From contig JBNJGY010000004.1 in assembly GCA_051748045.1 (NCBI GenBank), forward strand, positions 1 through 64,000: DNA of 64,000 bases, written 5' to 3'. This DNA comes from Thermotogota bacterium. GTDB lineage: Bacteria > Thermotogota > Thermotogae > Petrotogales > Petrotogaceae. Both the position numbers and the translations under genes were made by a program. Numbering within the stretch: position 1 is the stretch's first letter; the number at the start of each line of letters is the position of its first letter. The notes beneath the pieces were generated by a model. The model made no database searches. It saw nothing but the letters and a program-made list of their open reading frames with translations, and was not told the origin of the DNA. This document shows positions 38,598 to 47,971 of the stretch, one piece after another.

Positions 38598-39755
38598 TTA
38601 CATTTCAGTAATTTGAATCCATGTTTTAATTATTGATTTTAATATTTCATCTGGTGTAAATAACTCTCCATTTGTTTTTGTTAGTGACTCTATATGTTTA
38701 TTATTTTTGTTCAATTTGGACATTTCGTGAACATATTGGCCCAAATTCAATTCGGGAACAATAACAGCTGTTGTATTTCTAAAAATTCTTTTAATTCTAG
38801 AAGTTGGAACAGGCCACATTGTTATTGGTTTGAATAAGCCAACGGGAATTTTATCTGCTCTTGCTTTTTTCACAGCTCTCAATGCACTTCTTGCAGTTGA
38901 ACCATAAGCGACGACAACAATTTCAGCATCATGAAGCATGTATTCATCGTAAATAGAAATTTCTTCTGTATATAATCTAATCTTAGAATCTAAATGGTCT
39001 ATCATTTTTTGTGACATATTAGGATTTCTTACAGGAAATCCTGTTTCATCATGAACTAGGCCAGAAACATGGAACCTTGTTTTACCCATTTCTGCCAAAG
39101 GATTTATAGCAGATGAATCTTCTACGTCAAAAGGATGGAACAATTCTTCGTCTTCAATGTCTTTTTCTTTTATTCTTTCTATATTTTCTGGATATTCATC
39201 CTCATAGTCTAGATAAAAACTTTCTCTCATATGTCCAAGAGTTTCATCCATTAGTAATACAACTGGAGTTCTATATTTCTCTGCATAGTTAAATGCAGTT
39301 ATTGTATGTTTGTAAACTTCTTCAACAGTTGAAGGGTAAATAACTATTATTTGATGGTCTCCATGTGTCCCCCATCTAACTTGCATTATGTCACCTTGTG
39401 CTGGTTTTGTTGGCATTCCGGTACTAGGTCCGCCTCTCATAACATCTACAAAAACACAAGGAGTTTCAGTCATAATACCATAACCTAAAGCTTCTTGCAT
39501 TAAAGAAAAACCAGGTCCACTAGTAGCTGTCATCGATTTTTTCCCAGCTAGTGAAGCACCAACAATAGCTGCTGCACTTGCGATTTCATCTTCCATTTGT
39601 ATAAAAGTTCCGCCTACTTTTGGAAGTTCACGAGCCATAGTTTCTGCAACTTCAGTGGATGGAGTAATTGGGTACCCTGCAAAGAACCTACATCCAGCTG
39701 TAACAGCTGCTTTCGCTGCGGCTTCATTACCTTGCATAAAATACATTTTTCCCAT
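38598..39755 (-). CDS. korA: 2-oxoacid:ferredoxin oxidoreductase alpha subunit
   Basis: GNEA, YPITPS, QMEDE, TATSGPG and RGGPSTG motifs. Confidence 0.92.
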   Translation of the reverse strand: MGKMYFMQGNEAAAKAAVTAGCRFFAGYPITPSTEVAETMARELPKVGGTFIQMEDEIASAAAIVGASLAGKKSMTATSGPGFSLMQEALGYGIMTETPCVFVDVMRGGPSTGMPTKPAQGDIMQVRWGTHGDHQIIVIYPSTVEEVYKHTITAFNYAEKYRTPVVLLMDETLGHMRESFYLDYEDEYPENIERIKEKDIEDEELFHPFDVEDSSAINPLAEMGKTRFHVSGLVHDETGFPVRNPNMSQKMIDHLDSKIRLYTEEISIYDEYMLHDAEIVVVAYGSTARSALRAVKKARADKIPVGLFKPITMWPVPTSRIKRIFRNTTAVIVPELNLGQYVHEMSKLNKNNKHIESLTKTNGELFTPDEILKSIIKTWIQITEM

Positions 39756-39768
39756 TTATAACACCACC

Positions 39769-39993
39769 CTAATCATTTTTGTCTTTGTTTGGTCTTTCTA
39801 CAATATTAATTGCAAAATCTGGACAAATTCTTTCACATTGCATACATCCTATACATTTATCATGATCAGGAATTTCTGGCTTTCCATAATCCCCACCAAT
39901 TATTGTTTGTGTAGGACATATCCAATAACAAAGTCCGCATTTTTTACAATAACCTCTGTTTATTTCCACATTATAACTTTTTTTGGCTGGCAT
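39769..39993 (-). CDS. 2x[4Fe-4S] ferredoxin (oxidoreductase delta subunit-like)
   Basis: CKKCGLCYWICP and CIGCMQCERICPDFAI. Confidence 0.92.
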   Translation of the reverse strand: MPAKKSYNVEINRGYCKKCGLCYWICPTQTIIGGDYGKPEIPDHDKCIGCMQCERICPDFAINIVERPNKDKND

Positions 39994-40012
39994 TGATGCA
40001 CCTCCAATAAAA

Positions 40013-41152
40013 TTATGCTATTAAGCTTATAAAAACTCCTGCTGCTACCGCAGAGCCAATTACTCCGGCAACATTAGGACCCATTGCATGCATTAAAATA
40101 AAATTGTTTGGATCTTCTGAATTTCCTACTTGTTGTGCTACTCTTGCAGCATTAGGTACTGATGAAACTCCTGCTGCTCCTATTAAAGGATTGATTTTTT
40201 CTTTTGAAAAAAGATTCATGAGCTTTGCGAAAAGAATTCCTGAAGCTAGCGCTATAATAAAAGCAGTGGCTCCCAATAAAATAATTTTTAATGTTTCAGC
40301 CGTTAAAAAGATATCTGCTTTTGCAGAAGCTCCTACAGATAACATAAGCAATATTGTAACTGTATCAAGTATAAATCTTGAAGCTGCTTCTGCTAATCTA
40401 CCTGTAACCCCTGATTCTTTTAATAAATTTCCAAGCATTAACATTCCAACTAATGGTAAAGCAGCTGGAACAAATAAAGCAACTATCGCTGTAGTCAATA
40501 CTGGAAAAATGATTTTTTCTCTTTTACTAACAGTTCTGAGCCTTTTCATTCTAATTTTTCTTTCTTCTTTTGTTGTTAATAGTTTTGATACTAATGGTTG
40601 TAAAATAGGGATTAAAGAAATATATGAGTAAGCTGCTACAGCAATTACAGATAATAATTGCGGAGCGAACTTTGTAGAAAGATAAATCGCTGTTGGACCA
40701 TCAGCTCCACCGATAATTGCGATAGCTGCTGCAACTGGCACGTCAAATCCTAGAGAAATAGCCACTAAAAATGAAATGAATATTCCTGTTTGCGCTGCAG
40801 CTCCTAATAATACCAATTTAGGATTGGCTAATAAATAAGAAAAATCAGTAATAGCCCCAATACCTAAAAATATTAGAGGTGGGTATATCCCTAATTTCAT
40901 ACCCTGCATTATATACCATAATAAACCTCCAATTTGATCTCCATTAGCAGGATCTAGTATTCCTGTCAATTCAGGAGGGAAATTTGCTATAATCATTCCA
41001 AACCCCAATGGAATTAACAAAAGTGGTTCAGCATGTTTAGCTATTGCTACCCAAATTATCAACGCTCCTAAAACCATCATAAAAACACTTTGCCATGTTA
41101 AATAAGCAAATCCACTATTCGCAAAAAATGAAAATATAGCTGAAAGCTCCAT
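40013..41152 (-). CDS. oadB: Na+-translocating decarboxylase beta subunit (copy 2)
   Basis: EPLLLIPLGFG, IGGADGPT, AAYSY and HAMGPNVAGVIGSA motifs. Confidence 0.93.
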   Translation of the reverse strand: MELSAIFSFFANSGFAYLTWQSVFMMVLGALIIWVAIAKHAEPLLLIPLGFGMIIANFPPELTGILDPANGDQIGGLLWYIMQGMKLGIYPPLIFLGIGAITDFSYLLANPKLVLLGAAAQTGIFISFLVAISLGFDVPVAAAIAIIGGADGPTAIYLSTKFAPQLLSVIAVAAYSYISLIPILQPLVSKLLTTKEERKIRMKRLRTVSKREKIIFPVLTTAIVALFVPAALPLVGMLMLGNLLKESGVTGRLAEAASRFILDTVTILLMLSVGASAKADIFLTAETLKIILLGATAFIIALASGILFAKLMNLFSKEKINPLIGAAGVSSVPNAARVAQQVGNSEDPNNFILMHAMGPNVAGVIGSAVAAGVFISLIA

Positions 41153-41199
41153 ATTTTACCTCCCGATATTCTAAATAAATATTTTTTGCTTCTTTTACT

Positions 41200-41228
41200 A
41201 TTATAAAAGCATATGAAAAATATTTCAA
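41200..41228 (-). promoter_or_regulatory. sigma70 promoter of oadB copy 2
   Basis: TTGAAA-N17-TATAAT, nearly identical to the copy 1 promoter. Confidence 0.75.
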
Positions 41229-41397
41229 CCTTAGATTTAAGCATTTTAAAAGCACCAGACCCGTTTATTAAGAAAAAAGTGAGGATAATTTCCCCACTTC
41301 AATATATTTAAGAAATTGCTTATTTCATACTATTTTATTAATTAGAATATTTTTTGTTTTCTAAATCAGCTTTAATAACATTATAGGTTTTTAACAT

Positions 41398-42540
41398 TTA
41401 GGCTATTAGACTTATAAAAACTCCTGCTGCTACAGCTGAACCTATAACCCCTGCAACATTTGGCCCCATTGCATGCATTAAAATAAAATTATTTGGATCT
41501 TCTTTTTGAGCTATTGTTTGAGCAACTCTGGCTGAATCAGGCACTGCCGATACCCCTGCTGCTCCTATTAAAGGATTAATTTTATCCTTTGAAAAGTAAT
41601 TCATGATTTTAGCAAAGAATATACCTGAAGTCATGGCTATAATAAACGCTATTGCTCCTAAAGCTAAAATTTTTAAAGTATCAACTGTTAAGAAAATATC
41701 AGCTGTGGCTGAAGCTCCCACAGACACCATCAATAAAATTGTAACTGTATCTGCTATAAATCTTGAAGCTGCTTCTGCTAATCTACCTGTAACTCCAGAT
41801 TCTTTTAATAAATTTCCAAGCATCAACATACCAACTAACGGTAAAGCAGCTGGAACAATTAAAGTTACAATAACAGTCGTTAGTACAGGAAAAATTATTT
41901 TTTCTTTTTTACTAACTGATCTTAATCTTTTCATTTTTATTTTTCTTTCTTCTTTTGAAGTCAGCATTTTTGATACTATCGGTTGTAATATAGGTATTAA
42001 AGAGATATATGAATATGCTGCAACAGCTATTACAGACAAAATCTCTGGAGCAAATTTTGTAGCTATATAAATTGATGTAGGTCCATCAGCACCACCAATA
42101 ATTGCAGTCGCTGCTGCTTCAAATAAACCAAAACCCATCAGTGTTGTTGCGGAAATGAAGGTAATAAAAATCCCAACTTGAGCAGCTGCTCCCAAAATAA
42201 TTAATTTTGGATTCGCTATCAAATATGAAAAGTCAGTTAATGCACCTATTCCCAAAAATATTAAAGGTGGGTATATCCCTAAATCCATCCCTTGTTTAAT
42301 ATACCACAAGAGACCTCCAACCTGGCCATCTGCTGGTGGAGTTAACATCCCCGTAGCCTCGGGGGGAATATTTGCCATAATCATTCCAAATCCTAATGGA
42401 ATTAAAAGAAGTGGTTCAGCATGTTTAGCAATAGCAACCCAGATAATTAGTCCCCCTAAAACTATCATAAAGGCTCCTTGCCAAGTTAAAAAAGCAAACC
42501 CACTATTTGAAAAAAAAGAAAATATAGCTGAAAGTTCCAT
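41398..42540 (-). CDS. oadB: Na+-translocating decarboxylase beta subunit (copy 1)
   Basis: Same motifs as copy 2; identical N- and C-termini (MELSAIFSFF... VFISLIA). Confidence 0.93.
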   Translation of the reverse strand: MELSAIFSFFSNSGFAFLTWQGAFMIVLGGLIIWVAIAKHAEPLLLIPLGFGMIMANIPPEATGMLTPPADGQVGGLLWYIKQGMDLGIYPPLIFLGIGALTDFSYLIANPKLIILGAAAQVGIFITFISATTLMGFGLFEAAATAIIGGADGPTSIYIATKFAPEILSVIAVAAYSYISLIPILQPIVSKMLTSKEERKIKMKRLRSVSKKEKIIFPVLTTVIVTLIVPAALPLVGMLMLGNLLKESGVTGRLAEAASRFIADTVTILLMVSVGASATADIFLTVDTLKILALGAIAFIIAMTSGIFFAKIMNYFSKDKINPLIGAAGVSAVPDSARVAQTIAQKEDPNNFILMHAMGPNVAGVIGSAVAAGVFISLIA

Positions 42541-42580
42541 TTTTTACCTCCCCAATATTTTAAAATTCGATACTTATACA

Positions 42581-42609
42581 ATTATAAAAGCATATGAAAT
42601 TTTTTTCAA
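42581..42609 (-). promoter_or_regulatory. sigma70 promoter of oadB copy 1
   Basis: TTGAAA-N17-TATAAT. Confidence 0.75.
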
Positions 42610-42652
42610 CCTTGAACTGAACCATTAACAGAGACTTAAATTATATTAATAT

Positions 42653-42680
42653 AAAAAAAGTGGGGAAAAAATCCCCACTT
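42653..42680 (-). terminator. ppdK terminator
   Basis: aagtgggga-aaaaa-tccccactt with a T-tract on the minus strand. Confidence 0.85.
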
Positions 42681-42696
42681 CAATTTATTTATCAAT

Positions 42697-45357
42697 TTAC
42701 TTATTTACTTTCTTACCTCTTTTGTATTCAACGGCTGATTGTGCAGCAGATAATCTAGCTATTGGAACTCTATATGGAGAACAACTAACATAGTCTAAGC
42801 CTACTAAATGACAGAATTCTATTGATTCTGGATCTCCACCATGTTCACCACATACACCTAGTTTAATATGTGGATTAGCACCTCTACCTAAATCAGTTGC
42901 TGTTTTCACTAATTTACCTACTCCATCTCTATCAATTTGTTGGAAAGGATCTGAATCGTAAATCCCTTGTTCAATATAATGACCGATGTATTTTCCATAG
43001 TCATCTCTTGAGAATCCTAGAGTTAATTGAGTTAAATCATTTGTACCAAAACTAAAGAAATCAGCATGTTTAGCTATCTCATCAGCAGTTACTGTAGCTC
43101 TTGGTATTTCAATCATTGTACCAATTTTATATTCAACATCAATTTGATGTTCTAATAATAATTCATTAATTACTTCTTCTGCTCTTTCTCTTAAAAGAGT
43201 GAATTCTCCAACTTTTCCAACTAAAGGAATCATTATTTCAGGTCTGACTTCTTTTCCTTCTTTAACCATTTCAATTGCTGCAAGCATTATAGCTTTCACT
43301 TGCATTTCTGCAATTTCAGGATAGGTAACAGCAAGTCTTACACCTCTGTGTCCCATCATTGGATTAGCTTCACCTAAGTCTTCTACAATATCTTTTAGTT
43401 CTTCTTCTGTTATTCCAACATTTTTTGCAACTTCTTTTATTGCTTCTTCTTCATGAGGAACAAATTCATGTAATGGTGGATCCAACAATCTGATAGTAAC
43501 AGCATATCCTTCCATTGCTTCAAATAAGCCTTTGAAGTCTTCTTTTTGCATAGGTAATAAATCTTTTAATGCTTCTTCTCTTTGTTCTTTTGTTTTAGAT
43601 ACAATCATTCTTCTCATCTTATTTATTCTTTCTTCGCCAAAGAACATATGTTCTGTTCTACATAATCCAATACCTCTTGCTCCAAATCCTCTTGCTATTT
43701 CAGCATCTTTTGGGGTATCAGCATTAACTCTTACACCTAAATTAGCCACTTCATCAGCGTAATCTAATAATTCTCTTATGTCACCTTCAAGACCTGTTGG
43801 TTTTATTGTTTTTACTTTACCAACATAAACTTTTCCTTCTGTTCCATCGATTGACAACCAATCGCCTTCATTTATTGTTATTCCATTTGCTTTTGCTGTT
43901 TTTTCTTTTAAATTAATCACTACTTCTTCAGCACCAACAACAGCTGTTTTACCCATTCCTCTTGCAACAACTGCAGCATGTGATGTCATTCCTCCTGTAG
44001 AAGTTAAAATACCTTCAGCAGCATCCATACCACCAATGTCTTCTGGTGACGTTTCAGGTCTTAAAAGAATAACTTGTTTTCCTTCAGCTTTTAATTCTTC
44101 TGCATGATCAGGAGTGAAAACTACAACACCTGTAGCTGCACCAGGGGAAGCTGGAAGCCCTTTACCAAAATACTCTGCTTTTTCTAAGTCTTCTTCAACA
44201 AAAGCAGGATGTAATAATTTTTCTATGTCTGCAGGTTTAACTCTTGTAACTGCGATATCTTTTGATACAAGACCTTCGTTAACCATATCAACAGCTATTT
44301 TAACTGCAGCAGATGCTGTTCTCTTCCCATTTCTTGTTTGTAAGAAGTATAATTCACCTTTTTCAATAGTAAATTCAATATCTTGCATATCTTTAAAAGC
44401 TACTTCTAATTTTCTCATTGTTTTAATTAATTTATCATAAACTTCTTTATTGTCATCTTCTAATGTTGATAAATCTTTAGGAGTTCTAATACCTGCAACA
44501 ACGTCTTCACCTTGTGCATTTAATAGATATTCTCCGTATATTTCATTTTCACCAGTATTAGGATTTCTTGTGAAAGCAACTCCTGTACCTGAGTCATTTC
44601 CCATGTTACCGAATACCATCATTTGTACATTAACAGCTGTTCCTAATAATCCCATCTTATCCATACCATTAATTTTTCTATATTTTATAGCTCTTTTATT
44701 ATTCCAAGATGAGAATACAGCTTCTGTAGCTACCCATAATTGTTCTTCTGGTTTTTGTGGGAATTCTTTACCTTCTTCTCTATATAGCTCTTTATATTTC
44801 TCTACAACTTTTGCCAAATCATCTGCATCTAAATCAAGATCATTTTTTACATTTTTTTCAGATTTAACTTCATTTAATTTTTCTTCGAATTTTTCATGTT
44901 CAATTCCTAAAGCAACATCTCCAAGCATTTGCATAAATCTTCTATAAGCATCCCAAGCAAATCTCTTGTTGTCTGTTAACTTAGCCAATCCTTCAACAAC
45001 TTCATCGTTTAACCCTAAGTTTAAAATAGTATCCATCATACCAGGCATTGATATAGCTGCACCAGATCTAACTGATACTAATAAAGGATTATCTGGATCT
45101 CCAAATTTTTTACCAGTCAATTCTTCGACTCTTTCTAAAGCTGTTTCTGTTTCATCTTTCAAATATTGTGGAATCACTTGATCGTTTTCCCAGTATAATC
45201 TACACATTTCTGTTGTGATAGTGAACCCCGGTGGTACAGGAACTCCTCTTAAAGACATTTCAGCAAGGTTAGCACCTTTACCTCCTAAAAGTTCTTTTAA
45301 TTTCCCGTTACCTTCTGCTTTTCCATTTCCAAAAGAATATACATATTTATTTTCCAT
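42697..45357 (-). CDS. ppdK: Pyruvate, phosphate dikinase
   Basis: LGGKGANL, SMPGMMDT, GGMTSHAAVVAR, GLCRTEHMF, SFGTNDL and CGEHGG motifs. Confidence 0.98.
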   Translation of the reverse strand: MENKYVYSFGNGKAEGNGKLKELLGGKGANLAEMSLRGVPVPPGFTITTEMCRLYWENDQVIPQYLKDETETALERVEELTGKKFGDPDNPLLVSVRSGAAISMPGMMDTILNLGLNDEVVEGLAKLTDNKRFAWDAYRRFMQMLGDVALGIEHEKFEEKLNEVKSEKNVKNDLDLDADDLAKVVEKYKELYREEGKEFPQKPEEQLWVATEAVFSSWNNKRAIKYRKINGMDKMGLLGTAVNVQMMVFGNMGNDSGTGVAFTRNPNTGENEIYGEYLLNAQGEDVVAGIRTPKDLSTLEDDNKEVYDKLIKTMRKLEVAFKDMQDIEFTIEKGELYFLQTRNGKRTASAAVKIAVDMVNEGLVSKDIAVTRVKPADIEKLLHPAFVEEDLEKAEYFGKGLPASPGAATGVVVFTPDHAEELKAEGKQVILLRPETSPEDIGGMDAAEGILTSTGGMTSHAAVVARGMGKTAVVGAEEVVINLKEKTAKANGITINEGDWLSIDGTEGKVYVGKVKTIKPTGLEGDIRELLDYADEVANLGVRVNADTPKDAEIARGFGARGIGLCRTEHMFFGEERINKMRRMIVSKTKEQREEALKDLLPMQKEDFKGLFEAMEGYAVTIRLLDPPLHEFVPHEEEAIKEVAKNVGITEEELKDIVEDLGEANPMMGHRGVRLAVTYPEIAEMQVKAIMLAAIEMVKEGKEVRPEIMIPLVGKVGEFTLLRERAEEVINELLLEHQIDVEYKIGTMIEIPRATVTADEIAKHADFFSFGTNDLTQLTLGFSRDDYGKYIGHYIEQGIYDSDPFQQIDRDGVGKLVKTATDLGRGANPHIKLGVCGEHGGDPESIEFCHLVGLDYVSCSPYRVPIARLSAAQSAVEYKRGKKVNK

Positions 45358-45548
45358 TTTCTTCCCTCCCGTAGAGTGGTTTATAAAAAATGATACGTTA
45401 TCTATTTCGCTTTCATGTACGTAATATTGAAAAAAATTTCATTCTTATTAATTTTTTGATAAATACTCTTTTTCATTATATATTAAATGTGTTAAATTGT
45501 AACTATGAATATAAAAACGTTTTTTTAAAAATGTTAAATTATTTTTAT

Positions 45549-46436
45549 TTAATAATATAAATTTTCAGGAATAGAATCTATAACTTCATATTCTTGTATA
45601 ATATTCAAAAATTCACTAATTGTTTCCTTGTCAACTCTATAAGAAATCATAGATCTATTAGCTGCTTTTTGAATTACAGGTTTTGGCATTTTCCCACCCA
45701 TAGCTTCAACAACATAATCAACTGCTTCCTCATTGTTATCATTAAAAAATATGTTTGCTGAATCAGAATAAGCATTTATAACATTTTGAGCTTCTTGATT
45801 TGGTATATCTGTTCTTACAAAAAGCCCTGTAATTGGTATTATAGGTTGAGCTCCAGTTATTTCTGAATATAACTGTTCTATATCCATTCTTACTTTAACT
45901 TTTTCTTGAGTTTTTACTTCCGCAAGAGAAACAAACGGCTCTGGTAATACTGCATAATCAGCTTTTCCAGAGGCTAATAATTGAATTATATCAGCACCAT
46001 TTGTAATATAATGAATGTTTATATCAATATTTTTTTCTTTTTTTAATATTTTAAGAACCAAATCTGCGGTTTGTCCTGGCCCTTGGATTGTATAAACTGT
46101 TTTTCCCTCCAAATCTCCAATTGAAGATACTTCTTTTGAAGAAACTAAAGAAAAAGTCTTCCAAAGTGAAACTCCAGCTAATTTATAATTAACATCCCTA
46201 TTCATTAACTGAACTCCAAATGCAACTGGTAACACAATAAAATCAGTTTGCTCTTTAATAACTAAAGTTTGAGCTTCATCTAAACTTCTCCAAAAATTTG
46301 TTTCTACCCCTTCAACTGGGTCTGAATATAATCCAGCTGCTGGCAAAAGTGACGGACCTAAGGGGTTATGAAAGGACAACCCAAAAGATAACAAAGTGAC
46401 CAATAAAACTGATAAAAGAATTAATAATTTTTTCAA
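45549..46436 (-). CDS. ABC substrate-binding protein (NitT/TauT-like)
   Basis: Signal peptide, DLEGKTV and AVLPEPFVS. Probable TTG start at 46436 after GGAGG. Confidence 0.7.
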   Translation of the reverse strand: MKKLLILLSVLLVTLLSFGLSFHNPLGPSLLPAAGLYSDPVEGVETNFWRSLDEAQTLVIKEQTDFIVLPVAFGVQLMNRDVNYKLAGVSLWKTFSLVSSKEVSSIGDLEGKTVYTIQGPGQTADLVLKILKKEKNIDINIHYITNGADIIQLLASGKADYAVLPEPFVSLAEVKTQEKVKVRMDIEQLYSEITGAQPIIPITGLFVRTDIPNQEAQNVINAYSDSANIFFNDNNEEAVDYVVEAMGGKMPKPVIQKAANRSMISYRVDKETISEFLNIIQEYEVIDSIPENLYY

Positions 46437-46464
46437 TGTAATACCTCCATTTTTAATATCTTTT

Positions 46465-47637
46465 TTAATAAAGTTGCTCAACATGTAATTTTACATCTAA
46501 ATTTTTATTACTCTCTTCCATAAGAAGATATGAAATTGTTGTTTTTCTTATAAATTCTTTGTTGTTTATACCTGTGTTTTTAGTAACTGTATGTTTCCAT
46601 GCTCCAGTATTGGCATAAAATTTTTTTACTTTATCTTTTGTAATAACATTAAATGATGGTTTATGATTATGCCCCATTATTAAACCTTTAATTTTTTGAT
46701 CTGGTATTTCTATATGCTCATCTGAATAACCAATTAAATATTTTTTTGGAATATAAAAATTTTCTTTTAATAATTTCTTTGATCTTTTCAATAAAGCATC
46801 TGATTTTTTCATATCTCTAAAAAACATTATTAGTCTAACTAAGGATTGCCCCATTTCAAGACCACCTATATTGTTGATAAAAAGTTTTGTAAAAACATGA
46901 TATTTTGGATAATTTATTTTTAACCATTTTTTAATTTCTGAAGTTTTTATAAAATCAACAAAATGTTCTGCCCATTTATTTTTTAGATCATATCCTATTG
47001 AATATCTTTTATTAATATGTTCCAACCACTCAAAAACGTCTAATAATGGAGATATATTATCATAATCTGAAACTAAATCATCTGGAAGGATGTCACTTAC
47101 CTCACTATTAAAATTGTTATTCATATATCTAAGTAAATATTCACCAAAAGAAGGTATTAATTTACCTTCTTCATCATATATTATTCTATTCACAGAATCA
47201 AACTGATTTCCATGGATAGACATAACCTCAATAGTCTCATCATAATGATAAGGTAATATTTCTACATTGCCTAACATATTTTCTACCTTTTTTTTAATGG
47301 CATCATCAAACAATAAATAATAATCATGATTTCCTACTATATATCTTATTTTTACTTTTCTTGAAATTTTCTTAAATGTTTCAAAAAGTTCTGAGTGTTC
47401 ATTTTCTATTTTATCCAATAAAGAATAATCAAAAGAATCTATATAACTCTGAATACTTCCTTTCATCTCAAAATCATCTGAAAGATCATATATTTCAATA
47501 AAATCTCCAACTATATTTATCTCTGGATTACTTTCATTTTCCATTTTTTCTAAAATATTTATTAATTTATGGTCATATTTAAAATCATCTCTTAAATTTC
47601 CATCTCCAATGTGTAAATCTGATAAAAACAGCTTCAT
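46465..47637 (-). CDS. Calcineurin-like metallophosphoesterase (LpxH-like)
   Basis: SDLH, VGD, GNHD, HGNQFD, GHNH and NTGAW motifs. Confidence 0.85.
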   Translation of the reverse strand: MKLFLSDLHIGDGNLRDDFKYDHKLINILEKMENESNPEINIVGDFIEIYDLSDDFEMKGSIQSYIDSFDYSLLDKIENEHSELFETFKKISRKVKIRYIVGNHDYYLLFDDAIKKKVENMLGNVEILPYHYDETIEVMSIHGNQFDSVNRIIYDEEGKLIPSFGEYLLRYMNNNFNSEVSDILPDDLVSDYDNISPLLDVFEWLEHINKRYSIGYDLKNKWAEHFVDFIKTSEIKKWLKINYPKYHVFTKLFINNIGGLEMGQSLVRLIMFFRDMKKSDALLKRSKKLLKENFYIPKKYLIGYSDEHIEIPDQKIKGLIMGHNHKPSFNVITKDKVKKFYANTGAWKHTVTKNTGINNKEFIRKTTISYLLMEESNKNLDVKLHVEQLY

Positions 47638-47753
47638 AATCCACCCCTTATAAGATCATTCATTCAAAATTATATCATATATTTATTTAGAAGGTTTAAA
47701 TTTAAACCCTAATAATTTTAAATAAATCGTTACATTAAATTATTTCAACTTAC

Positions 47754-47782
47754 TTTACAAAATGTTTTATTTCTGATAGAAT
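47754..47782 (+). promoter_or_regulatory. tRNA promoter
   Basis: TTTACA-N17-TAGAAT with an extended TG. Confidence 0.65.
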
Positions 47783-47803
47783 ATTTTACGGATTTAATAT
47801 TTT

Positions 47804-47880
47804 GGGGACGTAGTGAAGCTGGTTATCATGCCGGTCTGTCACACCGGTGCCCGCGAGTTCGAATCTCGTCGTCCCCGCCA
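47804..47880 (+). tRNA. tRNA-Asp(GTC)
   Basis: Acceptor stem GGGGACG/CGTCCCC, anticodon arm CCGGT-CTGTCAC-ACCGG, TTCGAAT T-loop and encoded CCA. Confidence 0.98.
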
Positions 47881-47881
47881 T

Positions 47882-47914
47882 AAACCTTCTCGTTTTTCAA
47901 CGAGAAGGTTTTTT
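47882..47914 (+). terminator. tRNA terminator
   Basis: aaaccttctcgtt...aacgagaaggttt followed by a T-tract. Confidence 0.9.
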
Positions 47915-47971
47915 AATTTATTTTAAGTGATATATAATATCATGGAACTATAAAATATAGAAGGTGTTAAA

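Larger units (their letters stand above)
40013..42684. repeat. Diverged tandem duplication (about 40013-41303 and 41398-42684): terminator + promoter + oadB
   Basis: Paralogous CDSs plus the shared intergenic blocks ttttacctccc, attataaaagcatatgaaa..ttcaacctt and aaaaaagtg.gga.aa..tccccacttcaat. Confidence 0.85.

Noticed and set aside
40104..42070. Two similar + strand ORFs (175 and 155 aa) opposite the oadB copies
   Set aside because: Their similarity simply mirrors the oadB duplication; they are antisense shadows.
43532..45424. Five + strand ORFs (69-165 aa) opposite ppdK
   Set aside because: Antisense shadows caused by codon bias in a highly expressed gene. They are Ser/Phe-rich with no SD or motifs.
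47804..47971. tRNA-Asp as a possible island integration site
   Set aside because: No integrase, no duplicated tRNA 3' end seen, and the flanking genes look native.
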